DNA from: Felis catus
Taxonomy: Eukaryota
Assembly: GCF_018350175.1 (NCBI RefSeq)
Contig: NC_058368.1
Location: forward strand, 13,516,001-13,580,000
Reading direction: 5' to 3'
Length of the DNA stretch: 64,000 bases
The first letter of the stretch is position 1, and every line of letters starts with the position of its first letter. Below, one piece after another: positions 38,262-50,329 of the stretch. The notes below the pieces were generated by a model, which was not told where the DNA came from, did no database searches, and saw nothing but the letters and a program-made list of their open reading frames with translations. The translations under genes were made by a program, and so were the position numbers.

Positions 38262-38760
38262 TGATGAGAGAGTCAGGGATCCGGGAAACAAGCTCCTATG
38301 CACCAGGGACACTCACTGGTGACTGTTATCACTTTTCTTGCAGAACAACCTATTGCTTTTTCTTGCAGAGCAGCTATTGCTTTTTCTTGCAGAGCAAAGC
38401 ACCAGCCAAGAAGCAAGCCTAGACCCTTCAAACTAGTCCAAGACAAGATGGCTGCCAAGTGTGACTTTTCACAGGCGTTTCCCCTCATTACAATGCTAAA
38501 AATCATCCCCAGAGGTGGAGACTTAACATGCAAATGCAATATATGATGTATGAATAAGCATGTTTTGTCAACTGTTCCTGTGTGCCCAACTCCCTGTATC
38601 TTCCCGCTGTTGTTCAGGGAGTCCATCTGGCACCTTTGTCGTGATCGTGTCTCCCTTCCACTGCAGCTGTTGCCCCAGTAAAGACTTGCCAGTGCTTTTA
38701 AATTTGGGGTCCAACCTTGTTTGTATAATTGCTGGGTCTAAGGACCCAAACCTGGTAACA
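38262..38760 (+). mobile_element. ERV1-class solo LTR (~500 bp) inserted in an L2
   Basis: TG...CA termini (TGATGAGAG / GGTAACA). 4-bp TSD AAAC/AAAT, the right copy consistent with CpG decay. Internal 24-bp tandem repeat, CAAGATGGCTGCC and AGTAAA. L2-like sequence rejoins across it. Confidence 0.8.
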
Positions 38761-39707
38761 AAATGACAGGGCTTTAAGAGAACAAGAGGACTTGGATTTG
38801 ACGTAGATGACGAGCAATCATGTCATGGAGGGTCTCCAGTTGGGAGACAGGAAAGCAGGCAGCTGCATTTGCCCAAATCAAAATTGATGAGGACCCACAC
38901 TAGGCAGCAGACATGGGAGCAGAAAGGGAGATTCTAACAAACATTTCAGAAAGCTCAACAGGATGACAAATTAAGGAAAAGAGTGGAAATAGAGATGAAT
39001 CCAAAGGGACGCTGCTCACAGAAACTAGATTATTGGGAAGGGAACTCAGTCTAGGAAATATATAAAAAATTTGGTTTAAAATATATTAAATTTGGCAAGG
39101 ACACAGGCTCTGGAGCCAGAAGATCTTGCCTGTTTATTTCAGCCAGAGGCTCAGTCGCCTCACAGCCTCATGGAGATCTGTCTTCAGCACCTTTTTCACT
39201 GTAACTCTGTAGTCTGGTCTGTCATCCAACTGATCTCACAAAACCTCCAGGCTTAGACATGGAGCCAGGAACAAAGCTGGCAAGACAGACTCTTCCTTAG
39301 TGTGGATGAGGCAGAGTTTTGCCAAATCTTGTGCACTATTATTATTTTTTTGTCCAGATCATATATAGTAAACAATCACGAAATACTATTATTAGGTTCA
39401 TTATAGCACATCTAATATGTTCTAAGTATTGACCTAGACTCCTTTTCTATCATATCTCGCTTAAACACTAACCCAGTGTCAAAGATATTAACCCAATTGT
39501 TTGTTAAGCCGATTTGTTACAGAAAATAAAACAAACTTAACTTTAGGGAGACTGAATTTCAAATTCACGAACTATGAAAGTGGAGCTTCTAACCCAGCTT
39601 TTTCTAAATCCAAAGACTATGGTCCTTCACTCAAAGGCCCACATAGAGCATGCTGGTCAAAACATAATTAAGAATACTTGCATATGGTATGATTTAAAAT
39701 ATATTCT

Positions 39708-39960
39708 GGGGAGCACCTGGGTGGCTCAGTCAGTTGAGTGGCCAACTTTGGCTCACGTCATGATCTCCCGGTCCATGAGTTCCCGCCTCACGTTGGGCTC
39801 TGTGCTAACAGCTTAGAGCCTGGACCCTGCTTTGGATTCTGTGTCCCCCTCTCTCTCTGCCCCTCCTCTGATCATGCTCTGTCCTCTGTCTCTCAAAAAT
39901 GAATCAACATTTAAAAACATGTTTAATTAAAAAATAAAATAAAAATATAATGCAATAAAA
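39708..39960 (+). mobile_element. Can-SINE
   Basis: Full body. TSD TAAAATATATTCTGGG (39695-39710 and 39961-39976). Confidence 0.97.
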
Positions 39961-40189
39961 TAAAATATATTCTGGGAACACAGATGAGAGGGAAGCAATT
40001 AATTGGCCAAAAATTCTACAATTTCATTCTTGAGAACTACCAAGACTAAATGGCTGCCATCTAGTTTTAAGGATTTACTGACATCTAAATTTTTAGTTTT
40101 AGAACATCTGTAATATTTATCGTTAACTATTTTAATAACACTAATCTGTGTTTCAAAAGGTAATTTAGTAATTAATCCACATTACATAT

Positions 40190-40900
40190 TCATCCATAAA
40201 ATCAAAATATATAGCCCAATAGAGATGGACAAAGGACATTTTATAAAGGAAAAATACAAATGGTCAGAAACTTAATGAATAAAGTTCTAATATCATTAAT
40301 AACAACAACAACAAAAAAAACTGAAATTAAGGGAGATACCATTTTTTATCTCCCAAATAGGGGAGAATTCTTTTTGGAATCCAATTGATGAGAATGAGTG
40401 AAAATTATCACTCTCATATACTGTTGATTAAAGTACAAATTGATATCATCTTTCTAAAAGACAAATTGCAATCAGAATCATCAGAATGTACAAACCCTTT
40501 GACCCAGAAATTTCTTAAGTACAAGTACCTTCATCGTGATGTTATTTAAAGTAGTAAAAAATTTTAAACAGCCTAATATCCAATAATAATTAATGATCAA
40601 ACAAAGTTGGAGGAAGCATACAATGGAATGCACTGCGGTTATTAAAAATCACATTGTGTAAGAATATAAAATGACCTGGAAAAATGATTATAGCCCATCA
40701 TTAAATAAAGAAAAGCATGTCTCAAAATAATGTTAGTATAATTCAATTTTGCTGATCCGAGCGGCAACTTCATCCTGGATCTTAAGAACGATTTTTTTTT
40801 TTTTGAGTAATGATAATATTTTCTTCACTGTGCTTCCCTGCGACTTCCACATTTTCCACAACAAACGTAAATGTTTTTTAATGATAAGACAAAAGTCATT
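40190..40900 (+). mobile_element. Old L1ME-like LINE-1 3' fragment
   Basis: gcccaatagagatggacaaaggaca...gagataccattttt...ctctcatatactgttg...acccttttgacccagaaatt-like L1 ORF2-end and 3'UTR motifs. Confidence 0.75.
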
Positions 40901-41470
40901 TAAAAATCTGATTTTGTTAAATTATCTATTATAGATTAGCAGGGAAGCAAGGCCCCAATCCAGTTCCTCAAGCAAGACATTTGTTCCCTCTCTTCCTAAG
41001 CTCTCTCTACTCTCCCCCTTTACATTCCAGCCCTCCCCTTCTAAGAAGCACACAGCTGGTTTCAGCCATTGTCCTGATCACAAACCTTTCCACAAGAATG
41101 CCATATCTTGGGTCACATTTGCCTCTTCTCCAACCCAACCCATTTATTCATTTTAAATCCAGCAAACAGTTATTGAACATCTACTCTGTGCCAGGCAATA
41201 TATATTGATGCCTATGACACAAAGTGAAATAGGACATAGTCTGACTGTTACAGAGTCAGATGTGAATACATCGTATACACTTTGACTGGAGTTTAACGGG
41301 CACACAGGGGAAAAAGTTCAAAATCAGATCCAGGAGGTGAAGATAAGCAGGAAGGAATGCTCAGAGGCAGTGATACTAATCCTACAAAAAAAAATAGGAA
41401 CCATCAGGAAAAGGTATGGTAGGCAGAGGGGAATGCCTGTGTGAGGCAGAGGTGAAAAAAAGCATATTTT

Positions 41471-41629
41471 CACGGGAGAGAGCCAAACGATAAGAGAATA
41501 AACTGAGGGTTGATGGGGGGTGGGAGGGAGGGGAGGGTGGGTGATGGGCGTTGAGGAGGGCACCTGTTGGGATGAGCACTGGGTGTTGTATGGAAACCAA
41601 TCTGACAATAAATTTCATATTTAAAAAAA
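41471..41629 (+). mobile_element. 5'-truncated felid LINE-1 (3' terminal ~160 bp)
   Basis: aataaactgagggttgatggggggtgggagggagggg...gaggagggcacctgttgggatgagcactgggtgttgtatggaaaccaatctgacaataaatttcatatttaaaaaaa. TSD-like aaaaaaag(c/t)atattt. Confidence 0.93.
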
Positions 41630-42627
41630 GTATATTTCCTGGGAACCTCAAGAATCTCCATTTGACTAGACTATAGTGTGCAAGGGCAAGTGTCCTTGGA
41701 AAAAAAGATGCCTCCGCCGAACAATTTGAGGAAACACCGTGTGGTTATAAACTGTATCACCTCTGGTAGACTAATAGTGCACATTAACATATGAAAGGCT
41801 TTCAGTTGGAAAAAAGAACCCCTCTCCCTCTTTCCCCCTGTATTCCTAGAAACAAACTTTGGAAACATCGTACAGAGAAGAGAGGAGTCAAACACAAAGA
41901 CCTTGCACATTAAACTAAGGGATTGGCTCTTTATCCTGAAAACTCTATGAAGGATGTGGGACATTTACAATTTTCAAACAAAGGAGTCGCATAAGCAGTT
42001 TTGTGATTCCGAAAACACTGCTATGGCAGCAGTAAAGAGCATTGCAGTAGAGGGAGTAGAGGCAGGGCGGAAACCAGTTCTCAGGAAGCTGTTACAGTGG
42101 TCAAGAGGAGAAGGAATGTGGTCCTGAAACTAAGACTAGAGAAATGGCCATGGTCAAGAAAGAGATGGTGGTTTACAGAGAATCTGGCTTAAGGCAGAAT
42201 ATAGGAATTAGTAACAGATGGGAAGCATGGCGGAATCACGGTCAATGCAGAAAATATCTAAGATGTTTTAAGCTGTGTCTTTGTTTCCTCCTAGGGTCAC
42301 TGGAGGATGCAAATGTTAGGATTGGAGCAACAGTGTAACAAATTAAGTCTTGGACATGTCTCACACGTTACAGAAAATATGAGCTGGAGGCTGACAGAAA
42401 GATCTATGAACAATATGGATTAGGGGATCACCAGAGTATCGGTCATAAATGAAACCATGGGCTTTGGTGGGAAACATAAAGGGGAGAGGGCAGTGTTAAG
42501 GACATAATCCTGGGGAATACCAAAAGTTTGGCCCAAAATAATAAATCTATACGTGGTAAAGAAAGGTCAGAGGGGAAACATGGAAACCTTAAGAGAGAAA
42601 TGCCAGAGGAGCCAATGAAGGAGAGAC

Positions 42628-42851
42628 TTTTTAAAAATTTTTAATGTTTATCTATTTTTGAGAGGGAGAGAAACAGAACACAAGTGAGCAGGGGAGGGTC
42701 AGAGAGAGAGAGGGAGACACAGAATCTGAAGCAGGCTCCAGGCTCTGAGCTGTCAGCTCAGAGCCCAATGTGGGGCACAAACTCACAAACCACAAGATTT
42801 TGACCTGAGTCTAAGTGGGATGCTTAACCAACTGAGCCACCCAGGCTCCCC
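42628..42851 (-). mobile_element. Can-SINE
   Basis: Full body in reverse. TSD-like aaggagag..ttttta. Confidence 0.96.
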
Positions 42852-44626
42852 AAGGAGAGTTTTTAATTTGAGGTTGTGACCATTAGGATCAAGTATAAGG
42901 CAGATCTAGTGAGATATGAACTGGGATGAGTCTGTTGGCTTCCATGATTGTGGATAATCGGGGGCCTGTGTCAGAGCCTTGTCACAGCGGGTGGGATTGG
43001 AAGTCAGACCACAGGGTCAGAGTGAGTAAGAGACAGAGCAGGGCTGGGTTTGTCCCTCAAAGAGCTGACACAGAGAATGTTTAGGGCTTAATAAAATGTT
43101 GGCGCTTTGGCTCTCACATGAGGGATAACTGACTATATGTTTGTTTCTATGTTAAGAGTGAGGGAGGCATAAGAAGGGGGTGTCAGTAGTAAAGGGAGGC
43201 TAAAGAAAAAAGAGAGGTAGTTGATGGAGGAGTCTCTGGGGTAGCAGAGGGCATGAATTCACAGTGCCGATGCTGGAGAGTAGGAGAGTCCCTGCTCCTT
43301 TGAATTTGGGAGGAGGGCAGCTTATAGGTAGCAGGGAAGGAATGAAAGAACATGGTCATCCAAAGATTTCAACTTACCCAGAGCAAAGTTTTGTAAAAGT
43401 GCTTGGAAGGCATGAAGGGGCTCGAGAGAAGAAGGTTGAGTTTCAGAGAAGAATCGGTTCATCACCCAGAAGACGCACAATGAAGATTCCAGCAATGCCA
43501 AATTTGCCTTTAAAGCTTCAGAAATTGCAATCAACTCAGCATTTTTAAAAGTTGACATTAGTTTTAAAATATAGGAGCACAGTTATCAAGACAAGGTTCT
43601 TCAGCTATAAGTATATGCTTACTTATATATATATGGATTTTTACACACATTTTTAAACAGGAAATTTTTCTTAGGCACAGAGACTGGGAGAAATGTAAAT
43701 ATCAGAGCTTAGTGAACTTCCCTTTCGCTTTCTCCTCCCCCAAATCTGGGATCATTTAAGGCTTAAGAAAACCACAAATAAAACAGAGACTATACTTTTC
43801 ATTTACTACTCTTGTTAATAGTACTTTCAAATTTCCATGTAGTAAAGTGAAGTGCTATCCATTATTAGAGTCATGTTTCTTCATTTTCACCATTGATTGA
43901 TTTCCTCTTAGGATCTGTCTCTAAGATAGTTTAAAAATTAAGATATCGACTAGGTGGGTGCAGATGAATTCATACCATCTGACATTGCCGCAGAAATCTA
44001 AACAACAGGTGGATTCTTACACCATGGCCTGAAGACAGAAAAGAACAACAGAAACTCCACACCTGGAGTAAAGATGCTAAGCCCATTTCAGAACTATTTT
44101 TGGTTCCTTGATTACAGTGAAATATGATAAGTACATGTTTTTCGAAGAGGAACAAAGTGCTCGCAGTATGAAGGCAAATCAAGAAAGGCGGTGCTTCTAA
44201 AATGAACTATAAACTCCACAACCACCACTTCTACCCTGTCCTTAGGTAAATACCGCAATGCTTTGTTCAAAGGATGGGTTGTGTTGTCAGCTGAATTGAA
44301 GAGGTTCAGATCCAGGAATCCAAGTGTAAGAGGAAAGGCCTAAAGAGCAGTTGTTCTGAGAAGACCAGGGGCTGGAGAAGAGCTTCAAGGCTCCACAATT
44401 CAGATCTGCTCATCCTCCCTACAAATTCAGATTTTGACATCTGATGCAAGATTGCCATTTGGCCATTGCAACCCTACATATTTTTTTAACTAAATGTGTC
44501 CTCTTGTGGGCTATTTTGATAGCTATATTTATTTTAATGCATTATCTATATATCCCTTACATTATTCGGAATCCACAGGGGAGTTAACAATTTATAGAAA
44601 ACCTTTAGGATGAAAGAAATACTCAC

Positions 44627-44679
44627 CTTTAATTCATTGGATTTGTGAATCTTCGTTTTTACATATGTTATTAAGGTTG
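44627..44679 (-). other. Candidate spliced exon (53 nt), transcript unknown
   Basis: Minus strand: acceptor cctgtctttcAG and donor AAG|GTGAGT. One frame is open (TLITYVKTKIHKSNELK) and ends in phase 0. Confidence 0.25.
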
Positions 44680-45848
44680 CTGAAAGACAGGCTAATCTGT
44701 AACTATAAATGCCTAGGAGCTAGGTACCATATTTTCTCATTTAATTTTGATAAATGTCGTTCGATTTGCACTGAAACTTTTGGAAGACCATCTTCTTCCA
44801 AAAGTATCAGTGAGAAGGCTTTAAAACCAGATTTGAAGAAGTCAGGAGCCATGAAAAGTCCAGGCAGCCAGAAACACAACCTCAATTGTGCCTTCTAAGG
44901 AACGTGGTCAGGAGGCTGCGGTCACCATTGTGGTTTACTGTGCATCATCACCATGGGCATGGATACCACGAGCACCTACTGAATACAGGATGCTGCTACC
45001 ATAGAGGCCTACAACTTACCAGAGCACCATCGCTGCGAGTCAGCCAGACTTCCAAGCGGTTCTCAGGTATTTACATTATAGGCTCTGGATTCTATGCCCT
45101 GGTGAGGGCACTGGATGGACCAGGTATGTTCATGTGTTTACCTTCTAGCAGCCAAGGAGCTACTAAACCTAATATCTGTCTCCCTTCAACTTCTATGGGA
45201 TTCTTTCCAAGTAGAAAAGCTAGGTGGTTGCTGGGCAGCTAATCCCAACAAATATCCACTACCAAGTACTACTTGGCACCTGGTAAGCATTTCTAAAAAC
45301 TGTTTTGGGGGATGGTATAGAAATGTATTATTTTTTTACCTTTTAAAAAAGGGTAGGAATTTTGTTGCAGAAAATGAGAGAGAAATAATGCTAGTTCTCT
45401 TTGCTTTTTAATGCCTCAAATATATTTCTAAATGACACTGCAAAGGCATGTTGACTGTATGGAAACATTTTGTAAAAAAAAAAAAAAAGGTCAGTTTTCA
45501 CACAAGCAATCTTCATAATTTGCATTTTAAGGAGAAAATAAAGGCATAGTAACTACATTAGAATAAAGGCTTTAATGAGCTAATGCATCATAAGTTAGCC
45601 CTTGTGGACCTTGAAGAGAGAGGATGGAGCAACTGTGATACTCCCTGTTCCACTCCTCCCTTTAGGGGCCTCAAGGCCTAAGCAGACTTCTACAGAGAAG
45701 ACACTCAGAAGTTGTGCTCAACCTGACCTACAGTAGAGGATGGACAAGGAGGAACCGTGTTCTCATATTCAAAGGAAGAGAAGTCATGTCTCCTCTATGG
45801 TCCCTGGACTTGTCAGTTCATTCACTTGTTCATTTATCAATGACACAC

Positions 45849-46059
45849 TTTATTTTTTTTAAGTTTATTTATTTATTTTGAGAGAGAGAGAGCACAAGGG
45901 AGGTACAGAGAGAGAGAAAGGGAGAGAGAGAATCCCAAGCAGGCTTTGCACTGCCAGTGTAGAGCCTGACATGGGGTTCAATCTCACAAACTGTGAGATC
46001 AGGACTTGAGCCAAAATCAAGAGTTAGATAGTTAACCAACTGAGCCACCCAGGCACCCC
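45849..46059 (-). mobile_element. Can-SINE
   Basis: TSD ATGACACACTTT (45840-45851 and 46063-46074). Confidence 0.96.
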
Positions 46060-46738
46060 TCTATGACACACTTTCAATGCGTTCATCATGTTGTGCCTCA
46101 TGCCATGCATTGGTGAGCAAGGTAGACAGAATCCATCCTTTTCCTTCTGGCTGGCTTCTTTTCAGAGATGCCTGGCCCTCTCCTACAGATATAGATGTGT
46201 ATTTCTTTGTAAGTGCATATGGCACACTCTTAGGGAGTGAATACAAATGAAGCAGAAGGTCTACACATTGATAGATTTGGATCAGGAGAATGCTCAGTTC
46301 AATCTGAAGAACAGTGTCACCTGACATAACCTTAAACAGGTCTTTTTCTCACTTGATCCGGTGATAAACTTACATATCAGATCAGGAAGACAGAAACCAC
46401 TTTTGAAATTCAAGTTGCTTATATGAGCCATCCTTTTATCCCTGACAGTTGGCATTGGTTAAGAGAATAAGTCCAATCAAGTCAGAACGCTCAGTCCCAA
46501 CTCTCATGATAAATTGTCACTTCTGCCGTCTCTGTGTGCTGATGGCTCTGGATTATGGTAACGATTAGAGCACGTGATGAAGGTGGTGTGAGGCATCGAT
46601 AGTTTCTTTTCTTCTTTAGAATCTTTCTTTTTAAAGAATTATCATATTTGAGTGATTCTTCATAAATGTCCTTAAAGGCTTTGCCCTGTGCTAGACACTA
46701 ATCAAAACATTAGTCATTGAACTGCAGAACACATTTTC

Positions 46739-46961
46739 TTTTTTCTTTTTTTTTTTTAATTTTTTATTTATTTTTCAAGGAGAGAGAGACCGAGCATGAG
46801 CAGGGGAGGAGCAGAGAGAGAAGGAGACATAGAATCCGAAGCAGGCTCCAGGCTCTGAGCTGTCAGCACAGAGCCCGATGCGGGGCTCAAACTCACAAAC
46901 TGTGAGATCATGACCTGAGCCGAAGTCGGACGCTTAGCCGACTGAGCCACCCAGGCGCCCC
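46739..46961 (-). mobile_element. Can-SINE (fairly young)
   Basis: CpGs retained. 17-bp TSD CTGCAGAACACATTTTC (46722-46738 and 46961-46977). Confidence 0.98.
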
Positions 46962-48237
46962 TGCAGAACACATTTTCAAAAGTAGTCTGTTCTGATATAG
47001 ACTTGCTACAAAAATGGACAAGATAGGCAAACTAGAAAGAACTGATCTACATATATTAACTGATCAATAATGTGAGAAAGAACTGATCTTTAGTGTAAAA
47101 CTAAGGGAACTACCCAGTAATCATGATGATAATGACAACTGCTAATGTTTACTGAGTGCTTCCTACATCCCCACATTATTCTAAGCTCCCGTGCCATATA
47201 ATTCCAGCCTTACCACCACCCAATGAAGTATAAAGTGAAAGTACTCAGTGCCCTTGCGGCTGGAAGACTGCACCACACTGACTCTCCATTTAATTACAGA
47301 GCTAGTGGAGAAGGTGGTATTTTAGCCAATGTTGATGGGATTAGGGGCTGCCGTGTCACTTTCCAGAGATGTGGAAGGCAGGCAGGCCAGAAAATGCGAC
47401 CACTGAAAAGAAAGAGAAGTACTATGTACGATGACATAAGGGAAACTAGGCAAGATAGTTTTCCCAACTCCCAAATAGGGAGCTCAACTGGGTCTTGAGA
47501 TAAAGGTAAGAGGGAAGGGTCCCTGGAGAAAACGATAGGGATTGATCATTTGCACTGAAACAGAAAAGAGACCAGCAAGACAAATGAAGAGAGAGATGCA
47601 GCTGGGGTGATCGCCAGAGAGGCTTGAGTGGCGAACGTGAGGAGTCCAGGTTTTCATGGACCAGGTCAGGGAATCAGAGCCTCGTAGAGGTAAATGATCA
47701 GATGGGAAAAGAATAGACACAGGGATGTAAAGAGACAGAACCAGCAGGCTAGTGTGACAGATTGGACGTGGGCAGGGAAAAACAACAAAAGAAGATGGCT
47801 CCAGGGCAAAACTGGAAAGAGGGACTTTGATGTCTGCAGAAATTTGTCCGCAAAGCTGCCCTTTCTCTGTCCCTTGTTCTTATCGATCTGGCCCTGTACC
47901 AACAGCAAGCACCCGAATTTTCAACATGTCCTAGCACCTTCTTCCATGTGTTCTGATCCTTTCATTGCTGGCATTGCTTAGCTATCAGACCTACATCAGC
48001 AGCTGCCATTCCCTGCCCCATGTTATTTACATCAAATCCTGTCATTCAAGGATCATTCAGCCAGATTCTACCCTCCATAGAAGAGACGCAGACCTCAAGG
48101 CCGAGATTGGTTCAGATGGCTGCAGAGTTCACTGAAAGAGAAATGTGCAGCCCAAGGAGCCAAACATATCTCAGCAGTGTCTGGAGACACAAACAGTCCA
48201 TCTGGGAAGGACTAAAGAACTGAGAGGCCAAGATGCT

Positions 48238-48676
48238 TGTGGTAGGCTGAATAACAGTATCCAAAGACAACCACGTCTGGATTCCTGGAGTTTGTAATTA
48301 TTCTATGGCAAAAAGAACCTTGCAGGGTGATTATATTAAGGATCTGGATATAGAGCGCTTGTCAGGATCTTCCGCAAATGTAATCACAAGTGTCCTTGTA
48401 TGAGAGAGAAAGAGGGAGATTTGAGTAGAGACGAGAAGGCAATGTGACAGAGCAGATTGGAGTGATGTGGTCACAAGCCAGGGAACGTGCGCAGCCATCA
48501 GAAGCTGGAAGAGACAAGGACCTGATTCTTTTCGGGAGCCTCCAGAAGGAACCAGCCCTGCTGGCACCTTGGTTTTAGACCTCTAACATCATCTTGGACC
48601 TCTGTCCTCCACCACTGTAAGAAAATAAATGTCTGTTCTTTTAGCAATTTGTTAATGAAGTCATGGAAACTAATAT
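48238..48676 (+). mobile_element. MaLR LTR, MLT1D-like
   Basis: tgtggtaggctgaataa...atggcaaaaagaaccttgcag...gagcctccagaaggaaccagccctgctggcaccttg...ggaaactaata. Confidence 0.9.
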
Positions 48677-49048
48677 TTAAAGAAACTAACTATAAATGAA
48701 ACTAACTCCTCTCTCAGCTGGTGAGAGAGACAGTGAAGCCCAATTATTAAACAAAAAAAAATTCCTCTAGCTGTGCCAACTTTTCAATATTGATCCAAAG
48801 AAGACAGCTTCCATGTTTTCCTTGAGAACCAGAAGAATACATGAATGTATCTATTTCCAGCAGGGCCCCAGACGTTTTTAATCCCACTTGCTTTCCTTTG
48901 GTCCATACCTATTGTCCAACCCCAAGTAGTCAACTAGCTAATTACTTTGTTTTTCTGCAAGCACTGCCTGTTCTGCAACTCCCTACCTTTGCTCATGCAG
49001 GAACTCCCAATAGAACTGTCCTATCCTTTGTTCTCCATTTTTTAAAAC

Positions 49049-49080
49049 TTTTCTTCTTTCTTCTTTCTCTTTCTTTCTTC

Positions 49081-49140
<60 letters not shown>

Positions 49141-49345
49141 TTTCTCTATTTTTAGAGTGAGAGAGAGCTTGCATGTGTGTACACAAACTGGGGAGGAGCA
49201 GAGGGAGAGGGAGAAAGAGAATGCTAAGCAGGCTCCACACTCAGCATGGAGCCCAATGCAGGGCTCAATCTCATGATGATGAGATCATGACCTGAGCCGA
49301 AGTCAAGAGGCAGATGCTTAACTGAATGAGCCTCCCAGGTGCCTC
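49049..49345 (-). mobile_element. Can-SINE whose tail has expanded into a (TTTC)n microsatellite
   Basis: (TTTC)n at about 49050-49140 followed by the SINE body in reverse. TSD ttgttctccattttt. Confidence 0.96.
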
Positions 49346-49661
49346 TTGTTCTCCATTTTTAAAATGCCTTTCCATCCTATGACACAGCAGAAAACTTCCT
49401 TTTCAATCCATCCGTATATCTATAGAATGTGTTGCTCTCTCCTTTGCAGTCCCATGGCTTGAGAACATTGAGCACCAATCACATTTATTCATTATTGGCT
49501 TATCAGAAGATGAGTCCTGGAACATGGAGACTTCGCATCCACCTTCTCAGTGACACATTTGCTATGTGTTGGGTATGGAAGGGGTGGTCGTAACTGACAC
49601 AGAATTGAATGGAGACATGAGACTTTCTGGTCTCCCCCCATGCCCACGTTCCAAGCTCTGC

Positions 49662-49886
49662 TTTTTTTTATTAAAAAAATTTTTTTTTTAGTTTATTTAT
49701 TTTTGAGAGAGAGACAGAGCATGAACGGGGGAGGGGCAGAGAGAGAGGGAGACACAGAACTGGAAGCAGGCTCCAGGCTCTGAGCCATCAGCCCAGAGCC
49801 CGACGCGGGGCTCGAACTCACGGTCCGTGAGATCGTGACCTGAGCCGAAGTCGGACGCTCAACCGACTGAGCTACCCAGGCACCCC
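49662..49886 (-). mobile_element. Young Can-SINE
   Basis: CpG-rich (cgacgcggggctcgaactcacggtccgtgagatcg). 16-bp TSD TCCAAGCTCTGCTTTT (49650-49665 and 49887-49902). Confidence 0.98.
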
Positions 49887-50329
49887 TCCAAGCTCTGCTT
49901 TTATCTTTTACCTTCCCCCACTTTAAAAATCAAGTTCACATACCCCATGGATATCTTTAAGTTAAATGGAAAACTATTTCCTTAAGTTTAGTTATAAAAT
50001 TCACATTACAAGAAAAATGAGTAACTGCCGTGATAGCATGTGAGGATAAACCAAAATAATTGATAATTCTGTCCTTTTGAAAACCTCCTATAAAACTGAA
50101 TTTTGTTTCAGATGAAATTTGATCCCTTTGGTCACAACAAGATTAACCCACTGCCTCTTTCTATTCTTAGTAGTTCTATTTGGTCTGACACACATATAGT
50201 TCTAGGTATAAATAAGTAGGTATATAAATACGTACTATACATGCTGTGCGTGTGTTCTGTATCTGGTACATGTAGTCACATGAGGCATGTGTTCTGTGTA
50301 TGGGTAGGTGCATTTGTGAATCCAGATTA

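Larger units (their letters stand above)
41140..43260 (-). mobile_element. LINE-2, fragmented, hosting an L1 3' end and a SINE
   Basis: Begins catttattcatt...cagttattgaacatctactctgtgccaggca and continues as purine-rich L2 antisense sequence. Boundaries approximate. Confidence 0.7.

Noticed and set aside
40053-40067. CTCF-like GCTGCCATCTAGTTT
   Set aside because: It lacks the strongly preferred terminal GG (CC on the other strand), so it is too weak without ChIP data.
44703-44885. 60-aa ORF with protein-like composition (FKAFSLILLEEDGLPKVSVQIERHLSKLNEKI) beside candidate exon A
   Set aside because: Splicing it to exon 44627-44679 would need a ~46-nt intron and the phases do not match. No family recognised.
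45014-45020. Minus-strand donor (CTG|GTAAGT) near a CpG-containing patch
   Set aside because: No open frame of useful length and no clear acceptor.
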